Source of the DNA: Eledone cirrhosa
Taxonomy: Eukaryota
Direction: 5' to 3'
Length of the DNA stretch: 64,000 nt
NCBI GenBank assembly: GCA_964016885.1
Contig: OZ024740.1
Location: forward strand, 63,674,001-63,738,000
Position 1 is the stretch's first letter. Each line of letters opens with the position of its first letter. Below, in pieces: positions 30,750 through 43,856 of this stretch. The notes under the pieces are model-generated. The model was not told the DNA's origin. It did no database searches and saw only the letters and a list, made by a program, of their open reading frames with translations. The translations under genes were made by a program, and so were the position numbers.

Positions 30750-33700
30750 GTATGTATGTATGTTCTTCTTGTTTTATAATTTCACAAATTTTTACCAATA
30801 GAGAGAGTTGGTTTCTAACATAGACACAATACTCTCATTGGAATTTACACAACATCAACTAGGTAGCTTATGTATGCATGCATGCATGTGTAGATATGGA
30901 TGTTATTGTATGTGTGGATATGGATGTTTTGAGTTGCATGTGTGCATATATATGCTTTGTATCTGTACATGTGTATATGCAGTTATTAAATGCAAAGTTT
31001 TTGGAATGTTTTACATATTTTTACTGTTCCATTAATGGATTGTACTTGTAATTTCCTAACTAGTTGTGTTATTTCTGTTCCTGTGAAGCCTAGCTTCTCA
31101 GGATTTGTATTGAGACAGTTACTAACATACCCCAGTGCCCCAATAATCACAGGCATAAATCTGAAGGTGTAGTCAGGGTGGAGTATCTGCAGATTTCTCA
31201 TCAGTTCTACATAAATATTCTCCTTTTCGCTAATCTTTGATATTATATTGGCATCTGCTGGGCAGCTAATTACCACTACTGTGCATGCCTTCTTCTCCCT
31301 GTTCCATATCATAATATCTGGTCTGTTATGCCTGCATTTTATTGGGGTTTTACTGGAACATTCCACCAGTACTCTTTCATATTATGTATATGGATGTCTT
31401 CCACATTGCTGTAGCTTTTAATGTGTTTATTATCGGGGCTATCTTTTCTAAGGATTGCATGGTACAGTGTTTTGGCCACTGCATCATGCCTCATAGGCAG
31501 ATAGTACCGCGATGACATCTTTGGACAGCTGCTGATGACATGGGTGACATCTTCGATGTTAATTCTGCAGAGTCTGCACTTGTTATCACATCTAGGTGTT
31601 TTTCCTGCATTCCTATCTCTTTTGTGAATCAGGTATTTCTTGTTGATTTCCTGTTCTTGGATTGCAAAAGCCTATCCTTCAAAGTGGGAGCCAATATAGC
31701 GGTTGTTGGTCCAAGATAGACTACTTTCCTTATCTATATTACTCTCACTCTGGAGCTTCCTGGCAACATATCCATGCATGATTTTTTGGTGATAAGCATG
31801 CAGTTTTTCATCCATGGATTCACTGCGATACTGCTGAGCGACTTCCCTGGCTGTGAGTTTTTGATTATCACACAGGGAACATCTCTCGAGGAGTTCCTTC
31901 CCAACTCTCATGATCTTATCTGTTTCATGCAGATAGACTTGCTTGAGAAACAGGCTCCTACGCTTCGAGGTTCGTAGATGTTGTCGGAGGGATATGATGC
32001 GACATTCAAATGTGTCTGGGCTGATGTTAGGCCTCTGCCTCCCTGCTTACGTTAAGTAAAGGCGGTCTATGTCACTGTTGATGTGGAAGTTCCCGGTGTT
32101 GTTTAGTATTTTCCGAGTTCTAACATCAACTGCTCGGATTTCTTCTATCGTCCAATTGAGTATTCCAAACGTTGATGTTAGGTTAGGCACAGCAAACACA
32201 TTGTGAGCCACTGTTTTGTTTTGCACAGAGAGTTCCGATGACCAAATCTATCTTAATAAGGTGTAGTGTTCCCTGGTTACGCGTTCCTTATTACAGATAC
32301 CATTATAGGATATGTTCTCATCTATCCCCATGTATCTGTAGCAGTCCTCATCAGATATCGGTGAAACAGTTAGGCCATTGATGACAATGTTGCTAGATTG
32401 GGTTGTTGTTTTTCCCCACTTTACACTCGTATAGGAGCATTTATCTTGGCCAAACTCCATTACTATATATTTGAGAATATAACCAGGTCAAGATTTTTCT
32501 TGATACCATCCATGTTCTTGGCATAGAGTTTCAGATCATCCAGAAAGAAATTATGGGTTAGGTTCGTATTTCTGTCCTCCTGTGAGCCAATCATGTAGCC
32601 TTCACATTTCTTGAGCAGAAAGGACAAGGTGTTTAATGACAGGATGAAAATATCACAGAGCGACTGTCTCCCTGAAATATACCCCTGCGATATTTTATTT
32701 TATCAGTGAAAATAGAGTCCTCCCTCTCTGTCTTTAACCTTAGGATAGTAGCCCAAGAAGAAGACAGCTTCTCTATGGCTCTGATAATAATGTCTGGGTC
32801 TTTAGCAAGTCGGAGGGCCTCTATCATCCAAGAGTGGGGAACAGAATCGAAAACTTTCCTGTAGTCCAGCCAGACTGTAGCCATATTCCTCCTAAGTTGT
32901 CGCACCTCCGACATCGCAGTTTTGTTGATTAGGAGTTGTTCAGCACATCCCCAAACCCCTTTCTTTCGTTCATCTGTGATTATGTTATTATTTTCACAGT
33001 GATCTTGGAGAAGTATGTTCAAGCAGGCTGTATACATCTTATACATCAGGTTCTGGCATGTAATGGGTCGGTAGTTTTTTGCCAAGTGGGTGTCTTTGTT
33101 CTTGGGGACCAGTAATGTTTGTGCTAATATCAACCATTCTGGTATAAGTGTATCTCCCTTAAGAACTTGTTGGTAGAGGTCAGTAAGATACCTCCGATAG
33201 AATATCAGATAGAATATCAGTTTTTTGTACCAGTAGTCGACAATCATGTCTCTTCCTGGTGTTTTCTTATCTTGGAGTTTTCCTATCACAGTCTCAAGGG
33301 TACCCTCACTTATTCCGTATGTTTTTGTTGTAGTGTAGGAGCAATAGTTATTTCGTATTTCTTTTAGCCACACTGCATCTTGGTTGAAATTTTTCTTTTC
33401 ACCCCATATTTTTCTCCAAAAGAAATCTATGTCTTTCTGGGCTGGGGCCGCAGTGACACTTATTATTTTGTCCTTCATATCTCTATATGATGTGTGGTTT
33501 CGTCTGAATCTTTTATTAAGCACTTTTCTTTCATCTACCTTCTTCAGGTATCGACGTTTTTCGCTAACAGCTCTCAATTCTTGTTTGAGAGTGATCAGCT
33601 TATATTGAAGAGTTCTGGTTCTACTGTCACCAAACATCGTCTCTATTTTATTTTTCACTCTTTGTTGGTGAGGAGTGAGGTTTTTTGTGTTTGTTTGCAT

Positions 33701-34828
33701 GTAAGGAACATTGTCACATCCTATGGTTTTTCGTAGGCCAGCAATCTTTTTTCTATTTTAGTTATATATGATGGTATTTTTGGTGATGTTTTGTTCTTGT
33801 TAATATCTCTGCTATCACCAAGATAATGCATCCTGTCGTTGCTAAGGCATATAAACAGGCGTTGATTTGCCAAAATGTTGGGGTTTTTATCCGTCGTAAA
33901 TATTCATCCCCTATTTCGTCAATAACACGTAATATTTCATTATTTGTTTTTTTATTAAATGTTGTCGTTTTAATACGTTCAGCAAGAGAGATATTTATAC
34001 ATGAATTAATTTCTCTCTGGAAGATTTCGTTGGGGGAAATTTTCAATTGTTTATACTTTTGATTATTATCATTATCGATAGTATTTTCCACAATAGTCGA
34101 GGTATACTCGGATGGTACACGTGGTGTCAAATTTCTTCGATTATTATTATTATTTCTTCGATTATTATTATTATCGATAGTGCTTTCCCCAGCGTTCGAG
34201 GTAGACTTAGATGGTACATGTGGTTTCAAGTTTCTTACAGGCATAGTTGTTTCAAGCCACTGTTCGACCTTGCTGCATGGTGACCTATAGCACGTGTTGT
34301 TGATCCCATGTTTGTTGAGGTGGACTTATCTTATTTTTACGTCGCTTGCTGGCGTAACTGTTTCGTTGTGAAATAATTTAGCTCTGGGTGCATTTCGTCC
34401 CAGTGTAGCTTCATTCTGTTCATATAGCCAATGGAGCGATTGTTTTTTGCCATTTTATAACAATTAAATAAATCATCATTAAATTCGCAACTCCAAGAGA
34501 AATGCGATTTATAATTTCGGTTTCTTCTGTAGCTACAACTGAATAAATTTTGTTTACCTTTCTCGTTGTTTATCTTCGATACTTCCTTAATGTTGTTGTT
34601 GTTGATGTTGTGTGCAGCCATGCTGTTTGTAGCAAATCCTTGTAAAATGAATTATGTATTTAGTCGGATATCTCTACGAATTCGAATAAAAGGTGTCTTC
34701 AGAAGATATAGTTAGAAGAATAACCAGTTATTCAACATGACTGTAGTTGTGGCATTACTGAGATAGTATTCATCTTAAATTTAATAAATAGTCTCCGACG
34801 CCAAAATATGCGACTGATAGCGTTGACT
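30750..34828 (-). mobile_element. Near full-length R4/Dong-like RLE non-LTR retrotransposon, decayed
   Basis: RT motifs NYRPITC, WLDYRKVFDSVPHSW, GIFQGDS, FLDDLKL; CCHC motif CRLC...HV...C; RLE motif RPDIMIW; (CATA)n tail. Confidence 0.85.
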
Positions 34829-34849
34829 GTGTGTGTATGTATGTATGTA

Positions 34850-36500
34850 TTATGTTCTTCTGGTTTTATAATTTCACAAATTGTTTTACTAATACAGAGA
34901 GAGTCGATTTTTAACATAGTTACAACACTCTCTCAGTGGAATTTAGATAACATCAACTAGGTAAATATATGTATGCATGTCTGCATGCATGCATGCATGC
35001 ATGCATGCATGTGTGTGCAGGTATGAGTATTATTGTATGTGTGGATGTGGATGTTCTGAGTTATATGTGTGCATGTGCATATGCTTTGCATCTGTACATG
35101 TGTACATGCAGTTATTAGATACAGAGTTTTGTGAATATTTTACATATTTTTACTGTTCCATTAATGGATTGTACCTGTAATTTTCTAACGTGTTCTTTCT
35201 GTTTCTGTGAAGGCCAGCTTCTCAGGATTTGTACTGAGGCAGTTACTAACGCATCCCAGTGCCCCAATAAACACAGGTATAAATCTGAAGGTATAGTCAG
35301 GGTGGTGTATCTGCAGATTTCTCATTACTTCTGCAAAGATATTCTCCCTTTCGCTAATCTTTAATATCATATTGGCATCTGCTGAGCAGCTAACGTTCAC
35401 TACTGTGCATGCCTTCTTTTCCCTGTTCCATATCATTATATCTGGTCTATTATACTTACATTTTATAGGCATTTTCCCTATCTCTTTTGTGAATTAGGTA
35501 TTTTGTGTTGATTTCTTGTTCTTGAATTGCAAAAGCGTATCCTTCAAAGTGGGAGCCAATATAGCGGTTGTTGGTCCAAGATAGACTACTTTGCTTATCT
35601 ATCCCTCTCTCACTCTGGAGCTTCCTGGCAACATATCCCTGCATGATTTTTTGCTGATAAGCATGCAGTTTTTCATCCATGGATTCACTGCGGTAGTGTT
35701 GGACATTTTCCCTGGGTGTGAGTTTTCATGCTGGGAGTATCTTTCAAGGAGTTCCTTCCGAACTCTCATGATCTTATCTGTCTCATGCAGATAGACTTGC
35801 TCAATAGACGGGCTCCTACGCTTCGAGGTTCGTAAATCTTGTCGGAGGGATATTATGTGACACTCAAATGCTGTCTGGACTGATGTTAGGCCTCTGCCTC
35901 CCTGCTTACGTTTCAAGTAGAGGCAGTCTATGTCACTGTTGATGTGGAAGTTTCCGGTGTTGTTTAGTATTTTTCGAGTTTTAACATCAATTGCTCGGAT
36001 TTCGTCTATTGTCCAATCGAGTATTCCAAACATTGGTGTTAGGACAGGCACAGCAAATATATTGTAAGCCACTATTTTATTGTGAGCAGAGAGATCCGAT
36101 GACTATATCTTTCTTAACCGGGTGTAATATTCTCTGGTTACGCGTTCCTTATTACAAATACCATTATAGGATATATTCTCATCTATCCCCAGGTATCAGT
36201 AGCAGTCCTCGTCAGATATCGGTGAAACAGGCCATTGATAAAAATGTTGCTAGATTGGGTTGTAGTTTTTCCTCGCTTTACAGTCATATATGAACATTTA
36301 TCTTGGCCTAATTCCATTCCTATATATTTGAGAATGTAACCAGGTCAAGATTTTTCTTCATCCCATTTATGTTCTTGGCATAGGGTTTCAGGTCATCCAC
36401 AAAGAAATTATGGGTTAAGTTCGTATTTCTGTCCTCCTCTGAGTCAATGAAGTATCCTTTTCTTGAGCAGAAAGGACAAGGGGTTTAAAATATATCCCTG
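34850..36500 (-). mobile_element. Second, 5'-truncated R4/Dong-like copy in tandem with the first
   Basis: Same 3' UTR and ORF pieces (35599..36072, 35456..35680, 35185..35472). Confidence 0.85.
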
Positions 36501-36755
36501 TGATATTCTATATGGCTGAGTGGTTAGAGAATTGGATTTCCAATCGCGAGTTGTGAGTTCCATTCCCGGGCGGAGCGATGCGTTATCCTTGAGTAAGACA
36601 CTTTATTTCACGCTTCTTCTTCTACCTGGATTTGCGACCGGTAGATAGTATTAGCAATTCGAAAGACCAATGGAAACATAGTTTCCTCGGCCCGATTTGA
36701 CAACCTCCACCACACTCATTAAGCGAATGAGGTCTGGGATCTTGTCGATCGACTG

Positions 36756-36800
<45 letters not shown>

Positions 36801-37150
36801 ATAATAATAAATTTGAAGACTAAAATCCAAAGAGGGCTCGATAAGGATAAATATATATCAAATATATAAGAACCGTAGAGCAAATATTTATTAAAATAAC
36901 AGATTAAAGTTTAAGCAAAGAATCGCTGCTTTCACCCTTAACGGGATCTTCTGAAACTAACAAAGTCAATCTGTAAACGCAGAACTGGATATTTCAAAAA
37001 ACGTTGCAATCGGAGGAAGACAGGAAGACGATACTTTGGCTATGCATAGCCAGCGAACGTTTCCACGAACCAAAGTATCGTCTTCCTGTCTTCCTCCGAT
37101 TGCAACGTTTTTTGAAATATCCAGTTCTGCGTTTACAGATTGACTTTGTT

Positions 37151-37201
37151 AGTTTCAGAAGATCCCGTTAAGGGTGAAAGCAGCGATTCTTTGCTTAAAC
37201 T
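37151..37201 (+). ncRNA. HHR A4 variant; copies at 36908-36958 (-), 40365-40413 (+), 51222-51272 (+), 52329-52379 (-)
   Basis: AGTTT-CAGAAGA-tCCC-GTTAA-GGGt-GAA-AGCA-9nt-TGCT-T-AAACT. Confidence 0.65.
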
Positions 37202-37217
37202 TTAATCTGTTATTTTA

Positions 37218-37254
<37 letters not shown>

Positions 37255-37742
37255 TCGTTTATCTATGCAATGCTGAATCTCTGACTTTTCGAACTACTGT
37301 GCCAATCCCAAGACACGTACAATTCCATAGATTATATAGGAACGTGCTAGGACAACTTCAACTGCAGGTACCAAATCAATAAGTCTATATCCGTATTGAA
37401 CACCGAAGCTGAAGATTGCAAAGCGAACTTATTAACCATTCGACTATGCTGCAATAAAGCGGAAAGAAAGCTACGAAAGTACTAATCCAACGCTGTATAT
37501 CTTTATGCATTTTGGCCAACATAATGAGACTGGTATATTACAAAGTCTTACCTTCCAATACATACACCCCGCTCGTAATTTATACTTTCCAACACATATA
37601 CCCTGCTGGTAGTTTATTTCTATGTAGAGATAATTACAAAACTGGCCGTACATGATATATATACAATTGCAATTACGTTTCCTATTGGATGAACAGTTGC
37701 ATCTATCAGATCAGTATAACATTGTGACAGGCTGATAATGAC

Positions 37743-37804
<62 letters not shown>

Positions 37805-37874
37805 CTCTCTCTCTACCGCTCTCCCTCTCTCTGCCTCTCTCCCTCTCATACATACATATATATATATATATATA

Positions 37875-39648
37875 AGTTAAAACAATGAAATAAAAATTCA
37901 AGTCATTAGGAATATACTTCACTGCTTTACGGTCGTTTCTATGTGATAATAATACATCGTACGCATATTTTGTTATTGATCTATGTAAGGTTAGTTACAA
38001 AATATCAAATAAGGAATATATTTACCTACGTGTATATCATCAGCCGTTGTCAAAAGCAATGAAAATGTTATTCAAAATCAATAGTAAATTGAGTTCTATA
38101 ACCTTATTTGGAGGTAGCTGAAGAACAAACCAATAAAATGGTGTTTTGCCATATGATGTTAAGACGAATATAACTCACTTTAGATAAGGTCATGACCTTT
38201 TGAAAGGAATGATTGAATGGTGTTAAAAATAGAATTACTATGAAGAACCTAAGAAGAAAAGGGATTGTTATAATGATAGTTGAATGTAGATATGGATTAC
38301 ATTGAGTTCTTCATGCAGACTAGACCCCATAACTAACCGTGGATATTTCTGTGTGTATATATATACGGGATAACAAATTATTGTTATAGGTAGTCCACTT
38401 AGATGTAGTCCAGTTAGGGTACTCCGAGTAGTGGATATTATTAACGCTTGGCTAAGTTTGACTCAACGAGACGTTTACATAGTGATGCTGCGAGTACGCG
38501 GTGATTTCTATGTAGTTTACACTTGGAGTAATAATAAATCAAGAAAGAAGAGTGACATGGTTTGCTATACAATAAGGGCTTTATTCACATTGCTGACAAT
38601 TGTTTCTCTGTACTGGTAGGTCTAGAGATCGCTACCCGCCTGTTTTTGCGTCAATCGATCACCAATACTTTGTTATAACCAGTCAATTCATCAGAGCATG
38701 CGAGAATGAAGGAAATACACAGGCATGGCTTCTATATATAGTAGTTGCATTAAATCAGAACAATAATAACAATACTAACAATACTAACAATACTCGAATA
38801 AATTACCTAGACCGTAAATAGTTAAAATAATCACAACATCAATCTAAGTAAGACATAGAGTATACTGATGACTTTAGCATGTAAAACGAGCTGATATGAA
38901 GCAAATGTATGAAATTGACATGTAAAAGCTGTCATGGGGTGTATTATATATAGTGTAGAGATAACCTGGGGCTTGAAACAATGGACCATTTACTTTACTG
39001 TAGGTTTGCTGACCGTAAGAATTATTTATTATCTGACAGATAAAATATTTTCATTGTAGTGAGGATGGTAATTTTTATGTGGTGTAAAGTGGATTCATCA
39101 TTTAAGTGCATATTAGATGTATATAAGTTAAATTTTTTATTATTATTACAATTAATAGTAGGGTTATTTGCCTTATTACCGTTGTCGATGTATTTAATCT
39201 TATTTATATACCCTGCTCTATTTAAAGCTTCATTGTAATATTCTGCCTTATCGTCAAAAATGTTTTTATTAGCGGAGATGCGTAAAATCCGTTGTTGGAC
39301 AGAATTGGCGATAGTGTTCTTGATAGATCTAGGATGATTAGAGTTAAAACTTACATAGTTTAGATTCTCATTAATTTTATGGAATGGATAGTAGAGCCCT
39401 GTGTTAAGGTTTCATGTTACGTCTAAAAAGTTAACAATTTTATAGTTATTCTCTATTTCTAACTTAAGGTTGTAGCTATTGAAGAATTGTATTATGGATT
39501 TTCTTTTCTTGTTAATTTCACAATTAATATGATTTTCAATTAAAAGCAGCATATCATTGAATATTTACTCCAGAAACTGTTGAGTGCTCTAAATCAGTTA
39601 TAAACATTTATATTTGTTGGACTTCCAACAAATTAAATACCCCTTCTA

Positions 39649-39650
<2 letters not shown>
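37875..39650 (-). mobile_element. 5'-truncated PLE with a giant-domain-II HHR at its 3' end
   Basis: Minus-strand remnant KIVNFLDVT*NLNTGLYYPFHK...SNHPRSIKNTI...YYNEALNRAGY (PLE RT/thumb); (TA)n flanks. Confidence 0.8.
37923..38058 (-). ncRNA. Divergent giant-domain-II HHR (U3-A8 core)
   Basis: TGCTT-TTGACAA-107nt-GAAAC-GACC-GTA-AAGCA. Confidence 0.65.
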
Positions 39651-39726
<76 letters not shown>

Positions 39727-39907
39727 TAAACGGAAAAGAAAATGGTGACAAATTGTTCACAGTGAAAAATAGTTTAATTAGGAATAAGTGAGAATTAGTA
39801 ATAGTATTGGTTAGTATTCAGTTTTTGGTTTTAAGTTTTACCGGTTGCGCATTTCTAATGCTTTTCAAAAATAATTTTGAGATAGAGCGTCTGTGATGTT
39901 TGCTCTA

Positions 39908-39944
<37 letters not shown>

Positions 39945-40262
39945 AAACAGAGAATGTCTGGCTGTCTGTCTGACTCCCTAAAACTCGAGAATCCCCCAAC
40001 TGATTGTTTTCAAACTTTACACATGTAATACTTATGGTCGTGAGAGTGTTTTGAGCAAAACAAATTCAAATTTTCAATGCCCTAGGGACCGCATTAGGCG
40101 ATTTAGCAATCTCTCTATAATTCTTAGTCTTTCTTTTTAGATAGATGCATAGCTACAACGTCGCGCTCTTATAATATCTCTCTGTATGTCTGTCTGTATG
40201 TCTGGCTGTCTGCATTACATTATGACGCTACCTGTGTGTGTGTGTGTATATATGTATATATA

Positions 40263-40310
<48 letters not shown>

Positions 40311-40559
40311 TGTACCGTTTTTCGTAATATTTACTTCTGCGTTCACAGATTGTTTTATTTTAGTGTTTCAGAAGATCCCGTTAAGGGTGAAAGCAGCGAT
40401 TCTTTGCTTAAGCTTTAATCTGTTATTTTAATATATATATATATATATATTAGAAAATAGAATAGCTTTCGCCGTAGTTTTGACTAAAGGAATTTTAGCC
40501 TGATAATGGGGTTTAGAACCCTCAGATAAATGGAAAAAGATGAGTATTGACGTACATGA

Positions 40560-41020
40560 TAATATCATCTGTACTCCACCAACATGCTAAAATAGAACAT
40601 AAGGGCGAATTAGAGCACATAGAAATAAAAATAAAATCTACACACAGAAAAGACGCAATGTTTAGACAAATCACAGAGGCAATAAACATAAATGAACTCC
40701 AACCAAAATTAAATAGAAAACATGAATGGAATAGCAACATCACAACTCACAATTAAGGACAAAATGAAAACACACACACATAGAACAAACAACTAACTAG
40801 TAACATATAAATAAACAAATAAATAAACAAATAAAAACATACACAGACACCCGGATGTAACACATGCGCAAACTAAGCACACAACACACACAAAAACAAG
40901 ATGGCGTAGGACAGAACAAAGGAGGGGCACAAAACAAAGAAAAGAATCCCCAGTCACTGAAGAAGTCACAGAATGTGTGACGAAAAACTTTGACAATATA
41001 TGAACAACCAACCGGAAATT
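40560..41020 (+). mobile_element. PLE 3' remnant related to 4530-5180
   Basis: SVLHQHAKIEH...RQITEAININELQPKLNRKHEWN; HHR at 40953-40994. Confidence 0.7.
40953..40994 (+). ncRNA. Minimal HHR at a PLE 3' end
   Basis: GTCA-CTGAAGA-aGTCAC-7nt-GTGAC-GAAAAACTT-TGAC. Confidence 0.6.
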
Positions 41021-41228
41021 TATAAATTTTTAAATTTATAATTTTTTTTTAATTTATAATAAATTGAAGTGAAAGCAATGGTACGCGTGTTTCTTATTGG
41101 CAACACACGTTTTCAACACACGTGTGTTGAATCCGATATTGTTATACTTTGGGAGGGTCATGTTGCCAATAAGAAACACACGCAACATTGTTTTCACTTC
41201 AATTTATTATAAATTAAATTATAAATTT

Positions 41229-41308
<80 letters not shown>

Positions 41309-41731
41309 TATTATATATAAATAAATTATACAATTATCAAAGTTGTGTTCAAATCATTTAATAGCTGACAATCGTTTCTTCCAAACTCTCGTTTGGAATC
41401 ATCGGAGCATTATCAATGTTTGTACATATAATTAACCTCCTATTCAACTGAACAATAATATAGATACATATAAATTGATGTTGTGAGCAACAGTTTCGTA
41501 CTTACAGACTGGAATGGATGTGACATATATTTTACTAGAATTGTACAATAATTGTACAAACATTCAAGTTCAAATTCAAATTCAAATTAAAATAAAATCA
41601 AAAGCACGGAGTGGAATACATGCAACAGATAAAACAAAGAAATAGTCCAATCATTAAAGAGGCATTGAGAAAGTAGTTTTGAGAAAGGAAGTGTACATTA
41701 ACAATTCATATGCAGGCGTGTGGAGAGTGCA

Positions 41732-42880
41732 TTACTAAAGGAATATCTAATAGAATCTCTAATCTATCATATAATGAAACCATATTTAACAATAATTCAC
41801 AATACTATAATGAGGCCTAAATCAGGACATAAGAATGGGATTGAATTCCTACCTATAAAATCACATAGTTACAACATTATTTCTCATAATATGGCCATGA
41901 GGAAAAATAGTAAAAACACTAACCACTATAACTCTAGGACGAAGATTAATACCAAACTTAACTCGCACCAAAGTAAGCACCACAATAATAATATAAACAG
42001 GGATATAAATACCTCAAAAAACAATACTATAAACAAAAATAGAAGGAGAACTAATACATTCTTCAATCCCCCTTTCAATCTAAACGTCTCTACCAACTTG
42101 CCTAAGGCTTTCTTCTCAATCTTAGAAAAAAACTTCCCGACCGGCCACAACTACCATAGCCTTATCAATAAAAATACAATTAAAATATCGTACTCCACCA
42201 CACCTAACATAGCATACCATATAGCTAGTAGTAATAAAAGGAAGATTAATAATTATTTCCAACTAATTAAAACACAACAGGAGGTAAACTTAGTACCTGT
42301 AAACAATAGTAGTAATAATAGTAATAATGATAATAGCACTAATGAAATCAATAACAATACGAATGATAGACATCATTACCCTAGTGCTATCCCTAGCAAC
42401 CAGAATTCTTCACAACATAGGAACGGGCAAGCTAACACCCAGAATAAATGTAACTGTAGAACTAATAGAACTTGCCCCTTAGGTAATAATTGCTTAACCA
42501 AAGACATCATCTACTCATGCACCGTCAACGCAAACAACTCTTCTAAAACATATATAGGTTCTACTTCGAACAACTTCAGGACGAGATACAACTCGCACCT
42601 CCACTCTTTCAAAAAACACACAATCTAGCCAGCTCCACTTCTTTATCTAGCTACGTACACTCTCTGAAAACTAGGAATAGACCATTTACACTGCAATGGG
42701 AAGTAGTAGGTAGGGCCTCATCGTATAAACCACCGAATAAATTGGGTAATCTCTGCCTTCTGGAGACCCATACTATAATCTTTTCGAAACTAGACCTCCT
42801 TAATAGAAAGTCAGAGACATTTTCCTCGTGCCAACACCGGTACCGGCACTCGTTCCATAACTTTAAACCTAGCTGTTAGT
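41732..42880 (+). pseudogene. Decayed PLE thumb and GIY-YIG ORF
   Basis: ORF 41720..42628 plus a frameshifted continuation SSTSLSSYVHSLK...LQWEVVGRA...NLCLLETHTII. Confidence 0.85.
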
Positions 42881-43856
42881 ATACAACAATGTCAGATTTG
42901 AATTCCCCACCACCATTTACACTACACATCTAGGACTTAACAGCACCCACAACCACAAACCCTTCGACCAACTCTTTCCTCTACACAACTCCTATTCATC
43001 TCTAACCTTATGCTCTGCAATAACAGTTAGAATTAGACATAGAGTTACCACCTTGTGATATAACTACAATAGATTAATTATATCATATACAGTAATGGAT
43101 ATTTGAGACTTGGTATGTAGAGACATTTAATGTAATATGTGATAATAAACTATATATGCATTTATAATTGTATAATTAAATACTTAAATTACACAACATA
43201 ATAATAATAAAGTATATATACATTTATAATTAAATATAAAATGTAATAGCATTGTATATTAGGGATTAACTTTCAAAACAATAATGTATATTATTACACA
43301 TATGGCATATCTATTTTGACATATTAACAGCTATAGAATCCTTCATAACATATACCTTGTCCAGTAATGAGTAGATAACAATCTAAAGAGACCTTTAATG
43401 TATGATAGTAAAATATACTGTATTTAAAATCAGGTATAAATATACAGCGTTATGTAGCAGAGATCCAATGGTATCACACTATAATGTGTATTAGAACAAA
43501 GAATTTTAATAACTGATTTGAACTTAATTAGCTAGTTACCTCTCCTTACGCATTAGCTCCCCTTATTCACTTCCGGAAATTAACGATTGGAAAATTTAAC
43601 GGTTGATCAAATATATGTTTCTTTTATTTGCCACCAGGGCATCAAAAGTGGGACAAGTACAAAGGGGGAGTTTACAAAACAAGGCGTCCTCAATAGGGAG
43701 GAGGCAATAACAATATATAAAAATCAAAATCAAATATAACAAAAAATAAAATTATAACAAAATCCTCAATAGAGAGGAGGCGCCGAAACAAGTGTGCAAC
43801 CCTTCTCCTCAGGAGCACAGAGAGGGGGTGCTCCCTTGTTCCTTCCTCTTTTCCAC

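Noticed and set aside
34700-34828. HDV-like ribozyme at the R4-like 5' end
   Set aside because: Expected from R2/R4 biology, but I could not build the nested double pseudoknot by eye.
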